A DNA stretch of 32,000 bases from Nitratidesulfovibrio vulgaris str. Hildenborough. GTDB lineage: Bacteria > Desulfobacterota > Desulfovibrionia > Desulfovibrionales > Desulfovibrionaceae. This document shows positions 26,055 to 32,000 of the stretch, one piece after another. Made by a program: the position numbers and the translations under genes. Position 1 is the first letter of the stretch, and every line of letters starts with the position of its first letter. The DNA lies in contig NC_002937.3 in the NCBI RefSeq assembly GCF_000195755.1, positions 1,410,001-1,442,000 of the forward strand, given 5' to 3'. The notes below the pieces were generated by a model. The model ran no database searches and was not told where the DNA came from. It saw only the letters and a program-made list of their open reading frames with translations.

Positions 26055-26677
26055 CGCCCCCCGCATCCACCTTTGATGCCCGCGACCCCTACGCCCGTGT
26101 CGCCAGCTGGTATGAACCCCTGCTGGGCTGGCCGCTGCGTTCCATGCGTGAGGCCGTGGTGGCGTTGTGCCGTGAGGCCGTCGTCGGGCGCATGGTCGAC
26201 CTGTGTTGCGGCACCGGGCGCCAACTGGCGCTGCTGCGTGCTGCCGGGGTACGTGCCTACGGTGCGGATGTCTCCGCTGCCATGCTTTCGCAGGGGCAAG
26301 GGGGAGACATCGTCAGGGCGCATGGGGGAGCATTGCCCTTTGCGGACGATGCGTTCGACCTGTCTCTCGTCTCTCTCGCGTTGCACGAGATGGACCGTGA
26401 AGTGGCTGATGCCGTGCTATGCGAAGCGTTGCGGGTCGCCCCGCAGGTGCTGCTTGCGGAGTACCGCATGGCCGAGCGCAACATCGACCTGCCCGCTGCG
26501 TTGTTCGTACATGTACCTGAACGCATCGCGGGCGGGGCGCATTACCGCAACTTCAGGGCGTTCATGCGTGCCGGTGGTGTGGAGGGGCTAGTGGCACGAC
26601 ACGGCCTTTCCGTCGTGCGACGCGAACGCCTGTGGGCCGGGGCGGGAGCGCTCGTGCTGGCCAGAAGGCCGTCCTAG
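26051..26677 (+). CDS. Class I SAM-dependent methyltransferase (Methyltransf_11-like)
   Basis: 208 aa with motif I VDLCCGTGRQL, then YGADVSAAML and the post-I/II pattern LPFADDAFDLSLVSLALHEM. GGGGGGAG RBS. ATGA overlap with the HD gene. Confidence 0.85.
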   Translation: MTPPASTFDARDPYARVASWYEPLLGWPLRSMREAVVALCREAVVGRMVDLCCGTGRQLALLRAAGVRAYGADVSAAMLSQGQGGDIVRAHGGALPFADDAFDLSLVSLALHEMDREVADAVLCEALRVAPQVLLAEYRMAERNIDLPAALFVHVPERIAGGAHYRNFRAFMRAGGVEGLVARHGLSVVRRERLWAGAGALVLARRPS

Positions 26678-26895
26678 CCGGGGACGGGGCGACGTCTCCC
26701 GGTTGGTAGCCCCCGCGAAAAATGCACCAATGAAGGCAGCGGTGCCTTCGCGCCCAAGCCGTCCTCTGCAACGGCGACCATCCGGCCGTTCGGCCGTGCG
26801 GGGCGGGGCATGCTGCCGTGTCCGGTCTCCTCGGGGATGGTCATTCGCCGCGAGGCAGAGTGCCGACAGGTAACGGCCTTCCCCCTTCGTGCCCC

Positions 26896-27588
26896 TCAGG
26901 CAGTGAACAAGCCGAGCCGGGTGAACAGGTCGTGGCAATCGTCGGCCACATAGGTGGCACCCGCCTCGTGCAACAGTTCGCGTGACGTTTCGCCCGACGC
27001 CACTCCGGCGGTGAAAGCCCCTGCCCGTATTCCCGTCTCCACGTCCATGCGGTGGTCGCCGACCATCAGCGTCTCGTGCGGGCCCCGTTGCAGCAGTGCC
27101 AATGCCTCCAGCAGATGGCCCGGATGGGGCTTCACCACCTTCACGTCATCACGGGTGAGCAGGCAGCCGCAGTGTTCGTCCACGTCAGGGAACACGGTGC
27201 GCACAGCTTCCGGACAATTGCGGGTGATGATGCCGGTTGCGACACCGGCTGTCGTCAGCGCGGCAAGAAGGGGGCGCACGAACGGAAAGAGGCTTGTACG
27301 TCGTGCCGCTTCGACCTCGACAGCGCGGATGGCGTCGTGACCTGCCGCGAATGCGCGGTCAGCCTTCTGGGGTGCTGTCGCGGCCAGTGCGTCGTGCACG
27401 GTCTGTAGCCATTCCATCACCGGCAGGTCGGGGCGTGGTTCGGCCTGCGGCATGAACGGCACGACAGCTTCGGAGACGGCACGTCGCATGACCCCGAAGT
27501 CGAGTTCAGGGCGGGCGAGCGTCCCGTCGAAGTCGAAGACCACGGCCCCGAGGCGAGCACCTCCCGGCAGAAGTGGTGGCTTCGTCAT
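26896..27588 (-). CDS. HAD-superfamily hydrolase (phosphoglycolate phosphatase-like, subfamily IA)
   Basis: 230 aa from the ATG at 27588. Motif I VVFDFDGTLA, motif II GIITRN, motifs III/IV KPHPGHLL and MVGDHRMDVETG. The ATG overlaps the upstream gene stop as ATGA. The track's 54-aa extension is rejected. Confidence 0.85.
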   Translation of the reverse strand: MTKPPLLPGGARLGAVVFDFDGTLARPELDFGVMRRAVSEAVVPFMPQAEPRPDLPVMEWLQTVHDALAATAPQKADRAFAAGHDAIRAVEVEAARRTSLFPFVRPLLAALTTAGVATGIITRNCPEAVRTVFPDVDEHCGCLLTRDDVKVVKPHPGHLLEALALLQRGPHETLMVGDHRMDVETGIRAGAFTAGVASGETSRELLHEAGATYVADDCHDLFTRLGLFTA

Positions 27589-28745
27589 TGTTGGCCTGCG
27601 AAGGGGAGCGACAGCGGGTCGTTGCCGGGCATCACCACGGTGTCGGGATGGAAGGCGAACCACGCGAACCACATCGACTCGACCCCGGGAATCTCGGGGA
27701 GTACGGCATCCTTGAGCTTGCCTTCGACGGCTTTGCCTTCCAGCGTCCATACGCTACCGGTCTCGCGGTCGCGCAGCTTGCCTTCGCGTATCTCGAAGGT
27801 CGTGGGGCGGCCCCATATGCGGGCGTCGAAGATGCGGATGATGCCCGCCCCCGGCGCGTAGACGGCGGCGATGGGGGTGATGCCCAGAGTCAGGTTGAGT
27901 ACGCCCGCCTTGCGCACCGCATCAGGTTCGATGGCGGCGCGTGCTCCTTCGAAATCGATGCCTATGACCCGCTTCTTGAGCGGCAGACGCTTGTCCCGCT
28001 TCGGAACAGCATAGATGAGCTGGTCGTTGTCGTAGTAGGTTCCGGGCCTCAGATAGGAGCCGTAGGGGTCTTTTCCGTACGCTCGGCGCGACCCCAGCGG
28101 GTAGGAGAGGACGAGCGCGCGAGGCAGTGCGTTACGGGCGTGGCCCCATGTCGTCCGGTACAGGGGAATGCGTTCGAGCAGTTTCCCCTTCTGGGGGCCT
28201 TCGAACGCAAGGCCCAGCATCTGCGACCACAGACTCTCGGTGGTGCGGTCGAACATCACGGTGTTACCGTACAGAAGCCGGCCTTCGACCCCGAAGATGA
28301 GGGGCGTACGCCCGGTGCGGCTGCGGTAGGCTGTCGCCGTCCCGGTGATCGGGCTGTAGGTGATGCAGAACGGCTGGTCCTCGAGTAGTTCGTTGACCAC
28401 CTCATGCCATACCATGATGCGCTGCGGATAGATGCGCGGGCCCCCCGGAAGGGGTACGATGAATACCGGGTCGATGTCGTCCAGACTGAGCGAGGCGTCT
28501 ATGGCTTCAACGTAGCGCGGGCGATAGAGTGCCGGGATTTCGTCGCGCTGTACGGGGGTGCGGACGAGAGCGTCACCCATGGCGGTGAGGTCTTCCGGGG
28601 TGAGGGGCAGCGCGGCGTGAGCCTGAACGGACGCCGCAAAGAGTGCGAGAAGGAAGAGCACGGCGCGTACCGCGGTGGCTGTTGCCGTATTCGGCCGGAT
28701 GTGCACTCGTGGAGTACGAGAGCAATGTTGCATCATGGTGGGCAT
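27585..28745 (-). CDS. Exported protein, DUF3179-like (unknown function)
   Basis: 386 aa from the ATG at 28745 (GAGAGG RBS 10 nt upstream). Signal peptide AVRAVLFLLALFAASVQAHA. The core (IMVWHEVVNELLEDQPFCITYSPITGTATAY...LLYGNTVMFDRTTESLWSQM) resembles what I recall of the DUF3179 family. The track's 126-aa upstream extension runs across the galE promoter region and is rejected. Confidence 0.75.
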   Translation of the reverse strand: MPTMMQHCSRTPRVHIRPNTATATAVRAVLFLLALFAASVQAHAALPLTPEDLTAMGDALVRTPVQRDEIPALYRPRYVEAIDASLSLDDIDPVFIVPLPGGPRIYPQRIMVWHEVVNELLEDQPFCITYSPITGTATAYRSRTGRTPLIFGVEGRLLYGNTVMFDRTTESLWSQMLGLAFEGPQKGKLLERIPLYRTTWGHARNALPRALVLSYPLGSRRAYGKDPYGSYLRPGTYYDNDQLIYAVPKRDKRLPLKKRVIGIDFEGARAAIEPDAVRKAGVLNLTLGITPIAAVYAPGAGIIRIFDARIWGRPTTFEIREGKLRDRETGSVWTLEGKAVEGKLKDAVLPEIPGVESMWFAWFAFHPDTVVMPGNDPLSLPFAGQQ

Positions 28746-28842
28746 ATGATAGAAACCTCTCACGACATCTGTACGGAAAACGGCCTGTGGGGGCAACCGC
28801 TGCGACCATAGCGGCCTCGCCACCTTGACCGGAGGGGGAAAC

Positions 28843-29838
28843 ATGACCGTAAGCGGCTGTTGCAGCAATGTTCTGGTTTGTGGCGGCGCGGGATATATAG
28901 GCTCGCATATGGTGCGGGCTCTTGTCGAGCACGGGTATGTGCCTATCATCTTCGACAACCTGTCAACGGGCCATGCAGAGTCGGTGGGGGATGTCGACCT
29001 CGTGCGTGGCGACTTGCTCGACAGGCAGGCCTTGCGGAGGCTGTTCGCAGAGCACTCGTTCGATGCCGTCATGCATTTTTCGGCAAAGAGCCTCGTCGGG
29101 GAGTCCATGACCGACCCCGGCATCTACTTCGTCAACAACGTCGTCGGCACCATCAATCTGCTCGAGGCCATGCGTGAGGCTGGCGTCTCCCGTCTGGTGT
29201 TCTCGTCTTCTGCGGCGGTCTTCGGCAATCCCCTGACGGCGCGCATCGCCGAAGACCACCCCCGGCAGCCGGTCAACCCCTACGGGCGCAGCAAGCTCAT
29301 GATCGAACAGGCCCTGCGCGACTACGCCAACGCCTACGGGATGCGGTCTGTGTCGTTGCGATATTTCAATGCGGCAGGGGCCGATGAGGCTGGCGACATC
29401 GGCGAGTCGCACAAGCCCGAGACGCACCTCATCCCCAACGTGTTGCGCGCTGCCCTTGGCACCGGGCCTGAACTGAAGATTTTCGGCGATGACTACGATA
29501 CGCCCGACGGCACATGCGTCCGTGACTACATCCATGTGGCCGACCTGTGCGACGCCCACCTGCGTGCCCTGTCCTACATGCAACTCAAGCCGGGAGCCCA
29601 TGCCTTCAACCTCGGCAACGGCAATGGCTTCTCGGTCAAGCAGGTCGTGGAGGCCGCCTGGCGCGTGACAGGTCGTGACGTGCCCCATAGCATGGCCCCG
29701 CGCCGCCCCGGCGACCCGGCGTGGCTGGTCGCTGACAGCACCCTCGCAGAGCGTGAACTGGGCTGGAAGCCGTCGTTCACGGATATCGACGCCATCATCG
29801 ATTCCGCGTGGCGCTGGCACCAGAAACCGCGATACTGA
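28843..29838 (+). CDS. galE: UDP-glucose 4-epimerase
   Basis: 331 aa from the ATG at 28843 (GGAGGGGG RBS). Rossmann motif VCGGAGYIGSH, catalytic YGRSK (YxxxK), and typical GalE blocks (FSSSAAVFG, LRYFNAAGA, DYDTPDGTCVRDYIHV). Confidence 0.95.
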   Translation: MTVSGCCSNVLVCGGAGYIGSHMVRALVEHGYVPIIFDNLSTGHAESVGDVDLVRGDLLDRQALRRLFAEHSFDAVMHFSAKSLVGESMTDPGIYFVNNVVGTINLLEAMREAGVSRLVFSSSAAVFGNPLTARIAEDHPRQPVNPYGRSKLMIEQALRDYANAYGMRSVSLRYFNAAGADEAGDIGESHKPETHLIPNVLRAALGTGPELKIFGDDYDTPDGTCVRDYIHVADLCDAHLRALSYMQLKPGAHAFNLGNGNGFSVKQVVEAAWRVTGRDVPHSMAPRRPGDPAWLVADSTLAERELGWKPSFTDIDAIIDSAWRWHQKPRY

Positions 29839-29862
29839 TGCGCGCATGAAGTCGCAAAGCAC

Positions 29863-29894
29863 AAGGCCCCGGACGAACGAACGTCCGGGGCCTT
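29863..29894. terminator. Bidirectional terminator between convergent galE and lpxB
   Basis: Perfect 13-bp stem AAGGCCCCGGACG / CGTCCGGGGCCTT with a 6-nt loop AACGAA. Followed by TTTCGTGT on the plus strand, with a weaker GTGCTTTG on the minus strand. Confidence 0.75.
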
Positions 29895-29919
29895 TCGTGT
29901 CTGAGGTTCCGCCGGTCTG

Positions 29920-31050
29920 TCAATCCTGCTGCTTTCGGCCCGTCAGGTCGTCGATGATGATGCGTGCAGCCCGCCCCGCTGCACCGGGTTCACCCAGCAT
30001 GGTGCGCAGGACGTCAAGTTCGGAGCGCACTGCGGCAAGGGCCTCGGGGGCATCGAGCCATGCTGCGGCGTGCTGTGCGATGACAGGGCCGGTGGCCTTC
30101 TCCTGAAGGAGTTCAGGGAAGACCTCGCGGTCGAGAACGAGATTGGGCAAGGCGGCGAAGCGCACTTTTACCAGTTTGCGGCCAAGCCAGTAGCTGAAGG
30201 GCGAGACCTTGTAGGTGACGAGGGTGGGGGTGCCGATGAGTGCCGTCTCAAGGGTGGCGGTGCCGGATGCTGCGATGAGCATCTGGCACGAGCGCACGGC
30301 GTGGTAGCGGTCTTCGGGGGCCACGATGTGCAGGGGGATGTCCTGTGGCCATAGGGCGCGCAGGGCCGCTTCCGTGGTGGAGGGGGCGCGCATGCAGTGG
30401 AATTCGAGACCGGGACGGTGTTCGAGCATGAGCCGCGCCGCGTCGCCGAATGCAGGCATCAGCGACTCCACTTCCTTGCGACGGCTGCCTGGCATGAGGC
30501 CGATGCGCCCCGCGACGGGTGCGATGGCGGCAAGTGCGGGCCAATCCACCATGTCGACCAGCGGGTTTCCCACATAGTCGACCTCCATGCCGTGGCGGCG
30601 GTAGAAATCCACCTCGAAGGGCAGGATGGAGAGCATGCGCCGCACATGACGTTTGATGAACTGCACCCTTCCGGTGCGCCACGCCCATATCTTGGGGCTG
30701 ATATAGTAGTAGACGGGAATGCCGAGGTCGGTCGCCGCCTTCGCCACACGGAAGTTGAATTCCGGGGCATCGATGAGCACGACGGCGTCAGGGCGGGTAC
30801 GGGCGAGTTCGGCGCGTATGTCGCGCAGCATGGAGAAGATGCGCGGCAGGTAGGCGATGACCTCGGTGATGCCCATCACCGAGAGGTCTTCCACGCGCAG
30901 CATGGCCTGTTGTCCCGCCGCCCGCAGATAGGGGCCACCCATGCCGGTACACGAGAGGTCCGGGGCGAGGGCGCGCAAGGCCTCAAGCAGGGCGGCCCCG
31001 TGCATGTCGCCCGAAAGTTCACCGGTATTGATCCAGATGGAAGGGGGCAT
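29920..31050 (-). CDS. lpxB: Lipid-A-disaccharide synthase
   Basis: 376 aa. N-terminus INTGELSGDMHGAALLEAL is typical LpxB, with GT19 family blocks (IDAPEFNFRVAK, YYISPKIWAWR, PGSRRKEV, ASGTATLE). The ATG is 1 nt after the upstream gene stop. Confidence 0.93.
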   Translation of the reverse strand: MPPSIWINTGELSGDMHGAALLEALRALAPDLSCTGMGGPYLRAAGQQAMLRVEDLSVMGITEVIAYLPRIFSMLRDIRAELARTRPDAVVLIDAPEFNFRVAKAATDLGIPVYYYISPKIWAWRTGRVQFIKRHVRRMLSILPFEVDFYRRHGMEVDYVGNPLVDMVDWPALAAIAPVAGRIGLMPGSRRKEVESLMPAFGDAARLMLEHRPGLEFHCMRAPSTTEAALRALWPQDIPLHIVAPEDRYHAVRSCQMLIAASGTATLETALIGTPTLVTYKVSPFSYWLGRKLVKVRFAALPNLVLDREVFPELLQEKATGPVIAQHAAAWLDAPEALAAVRSELDVLRTMLGEPGAAGRAARIIIDDLTGRKQQD

Positions 31051-31051
31051 G

Positions 31052-32000
31052 TCACGCGCTCCTGGCCGCTGCGGGAGACGTCCGGCGTGGGGTGAGACGC
31101 CCGATGACCGCCACGAAGAGAAGGGCGAAGAGCAGCCTGCCGCCCAATGTCGCGCTGATGTCCCCGCCGATGAGCACCATCAGCAGGGTGTCTTCGATGA
31201 GCGCGTGGGCGAGTCCCATGAGGGTGATGGAACAGAAGACGTCGTGTCTGTCGAGCGTTCCCTTGTTCACTTCGCGGATGATGAGGCCGCTGCCGTAGAT
31301 GATGCCCATGCACATGCCCACCACGGTGATGGTGGCGGCGTTGGGGCCGATGCCCAGCAGGCGCAGTACGGGGCGCAGCGCGGCGTTGAGCAGCGGGGTG
31401 ACGTCGAAATGGTCGAGGGCCCGCTTGAACAGCATCAGCGCGAAGATGACCCAGAACAGCGAGAAGAGGTTGCGCAGTTCGTTCAGCCCCCACGGCACCA
31501 GCCCCGGTTCGACACGGCGGGGTTCCCACAGCATGGTGGCAGGGTCGGCAAGCCAGCCTGTGGCGGAGTACACCCTGTGCAGGACGAAGCCGCAGACGAT
31601 GGCGCAGACGATGCGGATGGCGAGTTGCGGCATCATGCGTACGCCGCATTGCTGCGCGATGCGCCCTTCGACAGGCAGGCTGTGGGCGATGAGCATCATG
31701 GTGGCGAACACGGTCGCCTGTGCGCCGGAAAGCGGTTCCATGGAGGTCATCAACGAGGCGAACACCAGCAGCCCGCTGTAGATGTTGACAGCCATGCCGG
31801 TGGCCCATGCAAGGCCGAGGTCCGGCGGCAGACCCACAAGGCGCATCACGGGTTCGAGGGGCAGTGCGAGGTAGCGGATGAGGTCGAGCTCAGCCAGTAT
31901 CTTGACCGTGATGATGATGGGTACCATGACCCTGAACAGGCCAAGGCTCACATGGATGGCGTCACGGAACGAACCGGTCGCCGCGCCGAGAACACGGGAG
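31052..32000 (-). CDS. Nucleoside-recognition (Gate) domain membrane protein, probably 5'-truncated by the window edge
   Basis: Polytopic membrane protein resembling FeoB-type Gate domain proteins (GLPPDLGLAWATGMAVNIYSG, ATITVVGMCMGIIYGSGLI). The track start is a GTG at 31951, but the frame stays open (no stop) to base 32000, so the true start may lie outside the window. Confidence 0.75.
   Translation of the reverse strand, partial: SRVLGAATGSFRDAIHVSLGLFRVMVPIIITVKILAELDLIRYLALPLEPVMRLVGLPPDLGLAWATGMAVNIYSGLLVFASLMTSMEPLSGAQATVFATMMLIAHSLPVEGRIAQQCGVRMMPQLAIRIVCAIVCGFVLHRVYSATGWLADPATMLWEPRRVEPGLVPWGLNELRNLFSLFWVIFALMLFKRALDHFDVTPLLNAALRPVLRLLGIGPNAATITVVGMCMGIIYGSGLIIREVNKGTLDRHDVFCSITLMGLAHALIEDTLLMVLIGGDISATLGGRLLFALLFVAVIGRLTPRRTSPAAARSA

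Noticed and set aside
1-32000. I looked for tRNA, rRNA, tmRNA, RNase P or SRP-like conserved blocks, for CRISPR-type spaced direct repeats, and for IS inverted repeats, transposase or integrase genes.
   Set aside because: None seen by eye. All intergenic regions are short except 10900-11229, 19538-19779, 24398-24874 and 26678-26895, and none of those contains T-loop-like GGTTCGAATCC motifs or regularly spaced repeats. An Infernal, tRNAscan or ISfinder run would be the decisive check.

Overview
High-GC, gene-dense bacterial chromosomal segment, almost all conserved housekeeping genes. I found no rRNA, tRNA, CRISPR array, IS or transposase, integrase or phage genes. Gene order left to right: tig (5'-truncated), clpP, clpX and lon on the plus strand. 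Then a minus-strand three-gene envelope module, followed by a minus-strand zinc-uptake operon znuA-znuC-znuB-zur. Then ispG-proS, xseA, an M23 peptidase, xseB-ispA-dxs on the plus strand. Then dnaE-queD and a MarC-family gene on the minus strand. Then a plus-strand trio of small membrane protein, HD-domain protein and SAM methyltransferase. Then a minus-strand DUF3179-like/HAD pair, galE (plus), and a minus-strand Gate-domain membrane protein plus lpxB. Codon usage and this gene order match my recollection of Desulfovibrio vulgaris-type genomes (Desulfovibrionaceae), which I cannot verify without a search. Many ORFs in the supplied track are antisense shadow ORFs or carry spurious N-terminal extensions, so I re-derived starts from RBS, gene overlaps and protein N-termini. 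I do not see a clear novel defense or mobile system. The best candidates for undescribed biology: (1) a sigma-28-type promoter in front of a secreted/lipoprotein triad containing two paralogous FlgO/TolB-N-like domains; (2) a translationally coupled small-TM/HD/methyltransferase operon behind an unusually long, motif-rich 477-nt intergenic region upstream of dnaE; (3) two abutting palindromes (putative Zur operator) about 200 nt upstream of znuA; (4) an M23 peptidase coupled between xseA and xseB; (5) a DUF3179-like exported protein coupled to a HAD phosphatase.
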